From Candidatus Scalinduaceae bacterium (GTDB taxonomy: Bacteria > Planctomycetota > Brocadiia > Brocadiales > Scalinduaceae), in NCBI GenBank assembly GCA_046759445.1, contig JBHICG010000035.1, forward strand, positions 1 through 34,157: a stretch of 34,157 nucleotides of DNA. Reading direction: 5' to 3'. The translations under genes and the position numbers were made by a program. The notes under the pieces are model-generated. The model was not told the DNA's origin and searched no databases. It saw nothing but the letters and a program-made list of their open reading frames with translations. Below, one piece after another: positions 1 through 8,734 of this stretch. Position 1 is the first letter of the stretch, and each line of letters starts with the position of its first letter.

Positions 1-10
1 TAGACACAAT

Positions 11-39
11 ATACTACATCTTGCATCTACGGCAGTCAA
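11..39 (-). promoter_or_regulatory. Putative sigma70 promoter for a gene left of the window
   Basis: Minus strand TTGACT-N17-TAGTAT. Confidence 0.45.
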
Positions 40-312
40 CCGGATAAGCCTATAATATAAAATCGCTCAATTTAGGTGTATATATGTGTCTGAATAATCA
101 CATAGAAGACAAGTCAGGACATTAATATATATTGGTATGATTTTTTTTGTGAAGCAGAAAAAAAGAATACATCAAAAAATGCAAAATATTTTATAAATTA
201 ATTGATTATCCGAAGTACTGTTAAAAAACAAATTCAGATTTTTGTGCAAGATTCAGACAGACGTGTTCGAGATTCGTACAAATAGTAGTCACTGTCTTAG
301 ACTGGCTCTAAA

Positions 313-1551
313 TCAACTTAAACTGTTCATTAATGTTATAAGAGGCATGAAGAGAGCCACGATTATCGTACCGACGGCGCCACCTAAGAAGACAATCATA
401 ATTGGTTCAATCAAGCTAATCATGGACTCAACTGCGGTATCTATCTCTTCGTCATAATTATCAGCAACTTTTGCGAGCATCTTTTCCAGCTCACCCGATT
501 GTTCTCCTATTTCGACCATGTTTACTACTATAGGACTGCATATCTTTGCTTCACGCAATGGTTCTGCGATACTCTTTCCTTTACGCACGTTACTGTGTAT
601 ATTTTCAATTGCTTTGCTCATAGCCATGTTCCCGGTAACGTCTTTAATATTATTTAGAGCCTCTAAAATGGGTACACCACTTGATACTAATGTTGCAAGT
701 GTTCTGGCAAATTTGGAAACAACAGATTTGTTTACTATATTGCCAAATATTGGTATCCTAAACTTCATCCTGTCTATTACTAATCTGGCGCTCTTTATCT
801 TTCCAATTAACTTGTATAACGTAAGAATGGCAAGAGGAATTCCGAATATTGAATACCAGTGCGTAACCATAAAGTTACTAACGCTTATCAGGCCCAATGT
901 TATCAAGGGAAGGGAGACATCCATCTCATCAAACATCTTTGCGAATTGAGGAATTATGAACATCATTATTCCCGTTAATATTGCGCAAGCAATGACGATA
1001 ACGGCAACAGGATATGTCATAGAGCCTATGATTTTTCGTTTAAGTCTTTGTATTTTTTCTCTATATTCTGCCAGCCTTCTCAGAATTACGTCAAGGGCCC
1101 CTCCAACCTCTCCTGCATTGATAACATTCACGTATAGTTTGTCGAAGGCTCTGGGGTGTTTTGACATTGCTCCAGAAAGGGTATTGCCTCCCTGAATGTC
1201 CGTTATCATTTCACCAAGTACTTTTTTTAATAACCCCTTTTTCAATTGTGATTCAAGGATGCTTAAACTCTGTACCAGTGGTACTCCAGCATCTTGGAGC
1301 GTTGATAACTGCCTCGTAAAGGTATTTATCTCTTTTGCAGGTACTTTACCTAATGATATCGTGATAGTGCCTTTACGTTTATCTGCGTCTTTGGATGTTG
1401 CCTTGTCCCTATCTTTTGTTTGTTTTATTCGTGTGGGGTAGTAACCCTTGTTACGAATCTTTTCTATGGCCTCTTCGGTTGATACTGCATCAATCCTATC
1501 TTTAACCATTTGGCCTGTGCTATCTACGGCTTTAAAATAAAATGTTGACAT
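313..1551 (-). CDS. pilC: Type IV pilus/T2SS inner-membrane platform protein (PilC/GspF family)
   Basis: 412 aa; N-terminal FYFKAVD..G motif; FTRQLSTLQDAGVPL, AGEVGGAL, YP-TM, FARTLATLVSSGVPILEAL, IGEQSGEL and EP-TM-MP; downstream of PilB ATPases. Confidence 0.95.
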   Translation of the reverse strand: MSTFYFKAVDSTGQMVKDRIDAVSTEEAIEKIRNKGYYPTRIKQTKDRDKATSKDADKRKGTITISLGKVPAKEINTFTRQLSTLQDAGVPLVQSLSILESQLKKGLLKKVLGEMITDIQGGNTLSGAMSKHPRAFDKLYVNVINAGEVGGALDVILRRLAEYREKIQRLKRKIIGSMTYPVAVIVIACAILTGIMMFIIPQFAKMFDEMDVSLPLITLGLISVSNFMVTHWYSIFGIPLAILTLYKLIGKIKSARLVIDRMKFRIPIFGNIVNKSVVSKFARTLATLVSSGVPILEALNNIKDVTGNMAMSKAIENIHSNVRKGKSIAEPLREAKICSPIVVNMVEIGEQSGELEKMLAKVADNYDEEIDTAVESMISLIEPIMIVFLGGAVGTIIVALFMPLITLMNSLS

Positions 1552-1562
1552 ATTGATTTATG

Positions 1563-1622
1563 GCAGGATTTGCATTCTCCCCCATACCCATACCATTTGC
1601 TATGTGTGGAAATGCAACCTGC
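1563..1622. repeat. Imperfect inverted repeat in the pilB-pilC spacer
   Basis: GCAGGATTTGCATTCTCC ... GGAAATGCAACCTGC. Confidence 0.5.
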
Positions 1623-1665
1623 ATTTCAGGTTATAAATATATTTTAAATTCTTATGTAAAATGTG

Positions 1666-1681
1666 AGCAAAAGTTATACCA
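1666..1681 (-). promoter_or_regulatory. Putative sigma54 (-24/-12) promoter upstream of pilC
   Basis: Minus strand TGGTATAACTTTTGCT; GG-N10-GC spacing; matches TGGCAC-N5-TTGCW with 2 mismatches. Confidence 0.5.
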
Positions 1682-1699
1682 ATATTGACGTTTAAGTAA

Positions 1700-3418
1700 C
1701 TAATTCCTGGTTGTTTCTCTTATTACTTCTTCTAAAGTGGTTAGGCCATTGTACACTGCATTTAGTCCACTATCAAATAATGTGCGCATACCGTTATTTT
1801 TTGCTTTTTGTCTTATTATGTTGGTGGATGATTGTTCAATTATATGGGAACGAATCTCATCATTAATTGTCATTATTTCGAGTATTGCAAGCCTGCCTTT
1901 ATAACCTGTACGGTTACAATTGCTACATCCTCTCCCGACGTAAAAATGTTTGTCTTGTAATTCAGATTCGGAGAATTTAAGTTCGCTGATAGTATCCTTG
2001 TTTGGCACGTATTCTTCCTTACACTCTGTGCATATCTTTCTCAATAATCTCTGGCTGATTACGCCTAAAAGAGATGCTGTTATCAAGTACGGTTTAATAC
2101 CCATGTTGATTAATCTTGTTATTGTGGATGGAGCATCATTTGTATGTAAAGTACTTAATACAAGGTGACCAGTTAGTGATGCCTGCACGGCTATTTCTAC
2201 TGTTTCTAAATCTCTGATTTCACCTAGCAAAATTGTATCAGGGTCTTGCCTCAAAATAGCTCTCAGGCAACTTGCAAAAGTAACACCAATTTCAGGATTG
2301 GTTTGGATCTGCATGATGCCGTCAATATCATATTCAACAGGGTCTTCTGTTGTAATAATCTTTGCACCGATAACGTTAACGTAATTAAGAGATGCATATA
2401 ATGTTGTGGTTTTGCCTGAACCTGTTGGACCTGTAACTAAGATAATGCCATATGGCTTCTTCATCAATTGTTTAATTGTACTCATATCATCGGGTATCAT
2501 ACCCAGTTGTGTTAGGTCAAGTGAGGTTGAATTCTTGTCAAGTATCCTCATGACAACACTTTCTCCAAATTTGGTAGGGAGTGTGGAGACTCGGATATCA
2601 ACTGAATGTCCTCTTATGTTTAGAAGCATGCGTCCATCTTGTGGTAATCTTCTCTCCGCAATATCCATGTCTGCCATGACCTTGATCCTTGATATAATGC
2701 CTTTTGCGTAATTTAATGGCACAGGTATCTTTTCAATTAATATGCCATCAATTCTGTAACGAACTTTGAATCTCTTTTCATAGGATTCAAAATGGATATC
2801 ACTTGCCTTATCTATAACTGCTTGTAAAAGGATTAAGTTGACAAAACTTTTTACAGGTGTTTTATTAGCCAATTCCTTGAGCTGTTCTACGTCTATTGTT
2901 TCTCTGTTGTCTATAATTTCAATTTGAGAAGTATTATTCTGAAAAGTATCTATGAGTTCTTCTACAGATTCGTGTTGACCGGGATAGTATTTTTCAAGCG
3001 CACTGGCTACTTTGTCTTTATCGACCAAGATGGGTTTAATATTACATTGCAACAAAAATCTGAGGTCATCTATCTGCGATATATTTAAGGCATATTCTTG
3101 TGCTAGTGTAAGAGTGGTGCTTTCGTAAGCTATCGGAATAACTCGATATAGTTGGGCAATAGAAGGTGGTATCTTCTTTAATACTTCTTGTTCCAGCTCA
3201 GCATTAGAAAGGTCAACAATTTCCATACCCAGGTAATCACTTAAGGCCTCCATTATCAAGTCGTGTGTTGTAAAGCCGAGGTCTATTAATATATCTCCCA
3301 AAGATTTGCCATTTATTTTCTGTACCTCAAGCGCTTCATTTAATTGGTTATCACTTATAAGTTTCCTTTCTATTAATATTTCCCCGAATAATTTTCTTTG
3401 TTTTTCTTTTGTGATCAT
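1700..3418 (-). CDS. pilB: Type IV pilus assembly ATPase PilB/GspE family with N-terminal MshEN-like domain
   Basis: 572 aa; ASDIHFE, ERRLPQDGR, Walker A GPTGSGKTT, Asp box TEDPVEY, Walker B GEIRD, His box HLVLSTLH, Zn motif CTEC..CSNC. Confidence 0.93.
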   Translation of the reverse strand: MITKEKQRKLFGEILIERKLISDNQLNEALEVQKINGKSLGDILIDLGFTTHDLIMEALSDYLGMEIVDLSNAELEQEVLKKIPPSIAQLYRVIPIAYESTTLTLAQEYALNISQIDDLRFLLQCNIKPILVDKDKVASALEKYYPGQHESVEELIDTFQNNTSQIEIIDNRETIDVEQLKELANKTPVKSFVNLILLQAVIDKASDIHFESYEKRFKVRYRIDGILIEKIPVPLNYAKGIISRIKVMADMDIAERRLPQDGRMLLNIRGHSVDIRVSTLPTKFGESVVMRILDKNSTSLDLTQLGMIPDDMSTIKQLMKKPYGIILVTGPTGSGKTTTLYASLNYVNVIGAKIITTEDPVEYDIDGIMQIQTNPEIGVTFASCLRAILRQDPDTILLGEIRDLETVEIAVQASLTGHLVLSTLHTNDAPSTITRLINMGIKPYLITASLLGVISQRLLRKICTECKEEYVPNKDTISELKFSESELQDKHFYVGRGCSNCNRTGYKGRLAILEIMTINDEIRSHIIEQSSTNIIRQKAKNNGMRTLFDSGLNAVYNGLTTLEEVIRETTRN

Positions 3419-3430
3419 TTCGATATTTCC

Positions 3431-5128
3431 TTATTCGATAGACACCCTCATTACTTCATCCAGTGTCGTAATTTGAGCACGAACTAATCTTAATCCATCT
3501 TCCATTAAGGTGGTCATTCCAGTAGAGTGTGCTATCTTGCTTAATTCGCTTGTAGTCACTTTCCTGTGTATTGCCTCTCCTAATTCTGGAGTTATACTCA
3601 TAAACTCAAATATGCCTGTTCTACTGTGATATCCTGTTTTATTGCAATAATCACATCCTGTTCCATGGCAGAACTCCGTGTTATCAAAATCACTAAGGTT
3701 TAAATCCCGTTCTATAAAGCTATCTATCTTTATCTTGTGAGGGGCCTTACATTTTGGACAAATGACTCTGACCAGGCGCTGGGCTGCTATCGCAAGAATG
3801 GATGATGATACCAGAAATGGCTTTACTCCCATATCAGTGAGTCTTGTTATTGCCGAAGGAGCATCATTTGTATGGAGGGTGCTCAGAACCAGGTGTCCCG
3901 TTAACGCCGCTGAAACTGCAATTTCTGCAGTCTCAACATCACGTATTTCCCCTATGACGACTACGTTGGGGTCCTGACGGAGTATAGAGCGAAGTACTTT
4001 AGGAAATGTTAAACCAAGCTTCTCATTTACTTCACACTGATTAATATCTGGAATGTTATATTCTATTGGATCCTCGACTGTAATTATCTTTTTTTCCCGC
4101 TTGTTGATCTCATTCAAGGCCGCATAAAGTGTGGTAGACTTGCCACTACCAGTAGGGCCTGTGACCAATATAATACCATTCGGATTTTTCAAAACGCTCT
4201 TGAAACTGTTATAGTCGCTATCAGAAAAGCCTACGCTCTTCAGCTTTATTAGTGTAGATGATTTTTCCAATAGTCTCAATACGGCGCTTTCACCACAGGT
4301 GGTAGGTATTATACTGACTCTAATGTCTATTGGATTTCCATCAACTTCAAAGTTAATTCGCCCATCTTGAGGTTTTCTTTTCTCTGTAATATCTATGTTC
4401 GAAAGTATCTTTATCCTGGAAATTAATTCTTCATGTATGTATTTTGCGATAGAATGCACCTCCTGGCATACACCATCTATCCTGACCCTTATGCGAATCC
4501 TGCTTGACAATGGTTCAATATGAATGTCACTAGCGCGGGTCTTAACCGCTTCTCTTATAATATGCATTACGAGTTTAACAACTGGTGACTCGGCATTTTC
4601 CTCCACTCCTGTCATATGTTCAAAAAACTTGCCAGCTTCATCTTCTGTTTCTTTAAGTTCTTCGACTATGCCATCGAAAGAGATAACGTCTTCAATATTT
4701 TTGTAATATTTCTTAATTGCATTTTCAATGTTATTGCGTGTTGATAATACACATTCTATATCCGTATTAAGTGTAAAACGTAAGTTTTCTATAATACTTA
4801 TGTCAAGGGGGTCACTTGTTACAACAATGAGCAAACCATTTTCTTTTTTAATAGGAATGACATGATATTTTTCTACTATATTTTTAGGAATGCTGTTTAA
4901 GACATCATCTGGAATTGAGATATCCAAGGGGTTGACTACTTTAAAATCAAACTGTTCTGCCAGACACCTGATTATATCTTCAGGACTAGCATATCCCAAC
5001 CTCGTTATTGCTTCATCAAACCTGATTGACAATTTATTTTGATATGCCGATGCCTTATTAAGTTGTTCATCAGTGATAATTCTCTTTATTTTGAGTATTT
5101 CCCCTAATGATTTTTGTGAAATATCCAT
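3431..5128 (-). CDS. pilB: Second PilB/GspE family ATPase with degenerate MshEN-like N-terminus
   Basis: 565 aa; ASDIHIEP, EKRKPQDGR, GPTGSGKST, VEDPIEY, GEIRD, HLVLSTLH, CPKC..CDYC. Confidence 0.92.
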   Translation of the reverse strand: MDISQKSLGEILKIKRIITDEQLNKASAYQNKLSIRFDEAITRLGYASPEDIIRCLAEQFDFKVVNPLDISIPDDVLNSIPKNIVEKYHVIPIKKENGLLIVVTSDPLDISIIENLRFTLNTDIECVLSTRNNIENAIKKYYKNIEDVISFDGIVEELKETEDEAGKFFEHMTGVEENAESPVVKLVMHIIREAVKTRASDIHIEPLSSRIRIRVRIDGVCQEVHSIAKYIHEELISRIKILSNIDITEKRKPQDGRINFEVDGNPIDIRVSIIPTTCGESAVLRLLEKSSTLIKLKSVGFSDSDYNSFKSVLKNPNGIILVTGPTGSGKSTTLYAALNEINKREKKIITVEDPIEYNIPDINQCEVNEKLGLTFPKVLRSILRQDPNVVVIGEIRDVETAEIAVSAALTGHLVLSTLHTNDAPSAITRLTDMGVKPFLVSSSILAIAAQRLVRVICPKCKAPHKIKIDSFIERDLNLSDFDNTEFCHGTGCDYCNKTGYHSRTGIFEFMSITPELGEAIHRKVTTSELSKIAHSTGMTTLMEDGLRLVRAQITTLDEVMRVSIE

Positions 5129-5282
5129 ATAAGTTACCTATTTATTACGAAAAGCTGTCTTTTGCATACCTTCGGTAGAATATCTATACTACTTAAACAG
5201 GATTTGGTAAAAGACCTTCTTGTTATCCATTAAGCCTTTTGCAGACATATTTGTATCTAAAATTGCTTAACTGCTATAATCG

Positions 5283-5315
5283 TTGATTATACATTTACAG
5301 GTTTAATATAATCAA
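5283..5315. promoter_or_regulatory. Palindromic bidirectional sigma70-like promoter/operator upstream of the pilB operon
   Basis: TTGATTATA-N15-TATAATCAA, giving TTGATT-N18-TATAAT on both strands. Confidence 0.45.
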
Positions 5316-5938
5316 GCTATTATTATTTTTCCCTCTTAAAACTTGTTTCCAATCCGTAAGTACTTATCCAATATATATTTTCGGTAAAATTGTGTTTTTT
5401 TTGAGTTTTTATTTCGGTCGTGTTTTGTTAAAGAAAACTTTAGTGCATTAAAGCCTGACCGTGTTATATCTTACGAATCTAATAGACATAAGTCGTTTGT
5501 TTCAATGGATAACTTCTGTAATATAATTTCCTATAAGCTTGAGTAGTATGATATAAAATGGATATTCTTTCGAATCTTCAGGAAGTATTCAGAACAACAA
5601 ATAGAATTGCCGCATTATTTTACTAGTACAACTTTTGCCTGTAAATGTAAAATATTAAAAATACTGTTTGAATTTCTGATAATTATTGAAGGTCTCCCAT
5701 CATTAACCAGGCAATCACATTCATATAACTGTTGATGTTGTTTGGTGAGGGCTAGGAAGCCGGTGTTGTAGTGGGGTTATGGTAAGGTAGAAACACTCGC
5801 CATGTTGTTGAATGGTTTCAAGCTTATTATGTTCTGCTTATCAACACATCCGTAAATAGGAAAATAAAGATTTCAATGTTTAAGCTACTTGTCAGGTTAA
5901 TTCTAGTAGAAAGATCACAACATCTTCAGAAATTTTTT

Positions 5939-6196
5939 TTATGAGATTTCTACGCTCTTTCTCCCTTGTTTAAATAATTCATTCAAAACTATATCAATCT
6001 GTTTTTGGGTTATCCAACCCTTTTCAAACAAAATACTTCCTATAAGTCTATGGGATTTGTTAGAAAGATTATCATCAGCTTGTTCGGCTAAGGCGTCTTT
6101 TAGTTGTTTTACAGTTATGAATCCCATATCTACGGCTATTTTACCAAAACGAGGGCAGTATTTTTCTGAAAGCTTTTTGTGAATATTATTTTCCAT
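5939..6196 (-). CDS. Stand-alone MshEN-type domain protein (putative c-di-GMP receptor)
   Basis: 85 aa; RFGKIAVDMGFITVKQLKDALAEQ and LIGSILFEKGWITQKQIDIVLNEL match the tandem 24-aa MshEN motif; AGGAG RBS upstream. Confidence 0.8.
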   Translation of the reverse strand: MENNIHKKLSEKYCPRFGKIAVDMGFITVKQLKDALAEQADDNLSNKSHRLIGSILFEKGWITQKQIDIVLNELFKQGRKSVEIS

Positions 6197-6589
6197 CTTT
6201 TACTCCTTTCCTTACAAATTATAGAACATAATATAGGAAGTTCGTATAAATCTTATAGCTAATTGGTGACAAACTTAGGAATAATATGCCTTGCTTGGAT
6301 TTGCTTTTTTTCTAGTTTCGTTTCAACCTCTGTTCTTACTTATTAAAATCTTCTAATTGCTTTTCCCTTGATTTAAACGAAGTCATTTTTACTATATTGC
6401 AAGAATATTATTAGCGGTCTGTAGTATATGATTACGTAAATGTAATCATCATCTTAAGCCACCCCTTAATTTCACCAACCATATATTATCGGAATGATAA
6501 TGGATAAATTTATTTAAAAAAATTTGAGCAAGTCTCGTTAGTGTTACTAAATTTAATTTGCTTGTTCTAAGTCCTTGAATATTAAGTGA

Positions 6590-6778
6590 TTATGAATCAT
6601 TCTTTTTCTCCTTGAAATCTTCATCATCCAGGACAGTATTAATATTGGACAATAATTTATTACAAAAATCTTTTTCAATATCGCTTTTATTCAAAATTGT
6701 GGCAAGTTTGGTAGTTTCTTCTTTATCTAATCCAATTGTTACTTCTGGTAAAACTCTTCTTCTATCAACGACCCTCAT
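6590..6778 (-). CDS. Small hypothetical protein (62 aa, MRVVDRRRVLPEV...)
   Basis: ATG at 6778 has AAGGAG RBS; the track start at 6805 lies inside a repeat element. Confidence 0.65.
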   Translation of the reverse strand: MRVVDRRRVLPEVTIGLDKEETTKLATILNKSDIEKDFCNKLLSNINTVLDDEDFKEKKNDS

Positions 6779-6794
6779 TAAATTTACTCCTTTC

Positions 6795-6842
6795 AATCCC
6801 CCCATTCCCCCCCTTGATAAAGGGGGGTGTAGGGGGGATTTA
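6795..6842. repeat. C/G-run palindromic REP-like element (family A, copy 1)
   Basis: AATCCCCCC-ATT-CCCCCCCTT-GATA-AAGGGGGG-TGTA-GGGGGGATT; homologous to 18881-18932. Confidence 0.8.
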
Positions 6843-7643
6843 GCTTGTTGGTAAAATTGCCCATATTCTTGTTTGTCCGCCTGAGCCTCCTTCTATCTTT
6901 ATCGGTGCAATAATGAGCATCGCACCCGTTGGAGGAAGCATGTCAATATTTGCTATGTTTTCCAATATATATTTACCAGCTCCATTTATGATGTGGTGAA
7001 CCCCAAAATCAGATGATATTCCATAATCAACGCTTAAGGTGTCTATCCCGATTCCTTTGATATTTCTCTTTTCTACTAAGAATCTTGCCGCATCCTCAGA
7101 ATAACCTGGAAAATGGAGCTTGCCGTTTTCGTCAGCATTTTTATATTTTTCGTAATCATTCCACTTTTTCCACCAGCCAGTATTAAGGAGTATGATAGAT
7201 CCGTCTTCTATTTGGCTATTTGACTTCTCCCACAAAATAATGTCTTTAACGGTGAGTTGATAATCTGAATTAACTTCTACCTTTGTGGAGATATCTATAA
7301 CAGCAGCAGGACCGATAAGGGTCTTTAATGGGAGCTGATCTACAGAGAGTTGGTTGTTTTCGAAGTGATTTGGCGCATCAATATGTGTACCCAGGTGTTC
7401 AGGGGTAGAGTATATACCGGAAAAAACACCATTTCGTTCCAGAGTTGCTAATGTTTCATATTTAAAAGGTGAGTATAAAGGTCCAGGCCAATAGGCATTG
7501 TTTGAGTTCAAGGGATATGTCATGTCTATTATAGTATAGTTACCATGCATTACATCTTCAAGGCTGGTCGAAGATGTTGCAAAATTACTATGACAAAAGG
7601 TGAGTGTAATTGATACTAGTGTTAATGAAAACTTTTTTAACAT
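6840..7643 (-). CDS. Cyclase family metal-dependent hydrolase (kynurenine formamidase-like), probable signal peptide
   Basis: HxGTHxDxPxH motif (EHLGTHIDAPNHF), GIGIDTLSVD, ILENIAN, GGSGG; ATG 7643 preferred over TTG 7658; hydrophobic N-terminus MLKKFSLTLVSITLTF. Confidence 0.88.
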   Translation of the reverse strand: MLKKFSLTLVSITLTFCHSNFATSSTSLEDVMHGNYTIIDMTYPLNSNNAYWPGPLYSPFKYETLATLERNGVFSGIYSTPEHLGTHIDAPNHFENNQLSVDQLPLKTLIGPAAVIDISTKVEVNSDYQLTVKDIILWEKSNSQIEDGSIILLNTGWWKKWNDYEKYKNADENGKLHFPGYSEDAARFLVEKRNIKGIGIDTLSVDYGISSDFGVHHIINGAGKYILENIANIDMLPPTGAMLIIAPIKIEGGSGGQTRIWAILPTS

Positions 7644-7785
7644 TTCCTGATTGAGCAATTTGCCGTCTTATTTAATGACATGGCCTATTTCTGATTAAGT
7701 TTAAGATTATATTTTGTGAAGAATATTTCAATTAAATTTTTCATATATTTTTATTTTTTCAAGTTATTATGGGATTTATTTTATA

Positions 7786-7814
7786 TTGACCACTACTTCA
7801 GTTGCTGCTAGAAT
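7786..7814 (+). promoter_or_regulatory. Putative sigma70 promoter for the cupin-surE operon
   Basis: TTGACC-N17-TAGAAT about 45 nt before the ATG. Confidence 0.6.
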
Positions 7815-7858
7815 CAAAAATATTATTAGCAAAGATAAAAAAGTTTTAAACAATAATT

Positions 7859-8734
7859 ATGATACATCCTACTTTTTTTAATCAGACATTTAAGATATTA
7901 ATGATTATCCTTTCTTTGATTATTACTGGTTGCAAGACCGTGCAGAAACCCAGTGAATTTGTTGAGTCGTTAAGAAATCCTACCTCTTTTCCAAAGCTAT
8001 TTTTTCCTGATGTAAAGAATACGAGGGAAATTGCAAAAAAGAATGTCCTGGCTAAGGATGAAAATATAAAGGTTATTCCAATAGGTGAAAACAAAAATAC
8101 AAGTATACATCTTGTTCAAGTTAGGCAAGACGCAGAGATAGAAGCGCATTTTCATAAACATCATGATGAGTTAGTTTATGTTAAAAAAGGAGGAGGCATA
8201 TTAGAGCTTGATGGTACTCGCTATAGTATAGGAGAGGGCATGATGGTGGTTATACCAAGAATGACCGGACATAAGTTTGTTAATACAGGAGGAGAATTGA
8301 ATGTTGCCATATCTATTTTTTCTCCGCCTTTCGACGGTGAAGACATTCAGATATTAAAGGAAACTAAAAAACTTACAAAAAAAAAGAAAAATATATATGA
8401 AAAAGGCATAAAAGAACGTGAGAAAGAGAAGAAATCTAAGGGGAAAAGGTTTAGTCTTTGGAAAAAGAAAGAAAAAAAAGTTGGGTTAACCAAGGAAAGT
8501 AGAGAACAGGCAAGTAAAATAAATGAACAACAGAAGACTCTGGTCTTGACTGAGGAAGGGAAACAGCGTATTAAGGAAGTGCAGCAGGTAATAAAGGAAG
8601 AAGAAAGAAGGTTAATTGAAAAGTTAATTATGAATGAAAAACTTAAGGTATTGCAAAAATTAAAAGATGATGGCCTGATTAGTCAAGAGGAGTATGAAGT
8701 CGAAAGATCTGAATTGATCGGGGAGAATAAATGA
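7859..8734 (+). CDS. Putative lipoprotein: cupin domain, Lys/Glu-rich linker and C-terminal SHOCT-like domain
   Basis: Lipobox IITGC; cupin motifs HFHKHHDELVYV and IPRMTGHKFVN; C-terminus EKLKVLQKLKDDGLISQEEYEVERSELI. Confidence 0.8.
   Translation: MIHPTFFNQTFKILMIILSLIITGCKTVQKPSEFVESLRNPTSFPKLFFPDVKNTREIAKKNVLAKDENIKVIPIGENKNTSIHLVQVRQDAEIEAHFHKHHDELVYVKKGGGILELDGTRYSIGEGMMVVIPRMTGHKFVNTGGELNVAISIFSPPFDGEDIQILKETKKLTKKKKNIYEKGIKEREKEKKSKGKRFSLWKKKEKKVGLTKESREQASKINEQQKTLVLTEEGKQRIKEVQQVIKEEERRLIEKLIMNEKLKVLQKLKDDGLISQEEYEVERSELIGENK

Noticed and set aside
242..4706. Plus-strand ORFs (242, 518, 956, 1196, 1950, 2406, 3762, 4524)
   Set aside because: Antisense shadows of pilC/pilB with no recognisable motifs
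5129..5938. c-di-GMP riboswitch or hidden pilin gene upstream of pilB
   Set aside because: No GGCAAA...GAAA...GACGCAAA arrangement and no prepilin GFTLIE frame seen by eye; an Rfam search is still advisable
6612..6854. 80-aa plus-strand ORF ending NPPIPPLDKGG
   Set aside because: Antisense to the 62-aa gene; its C-terminus is just the translated C/G repeat
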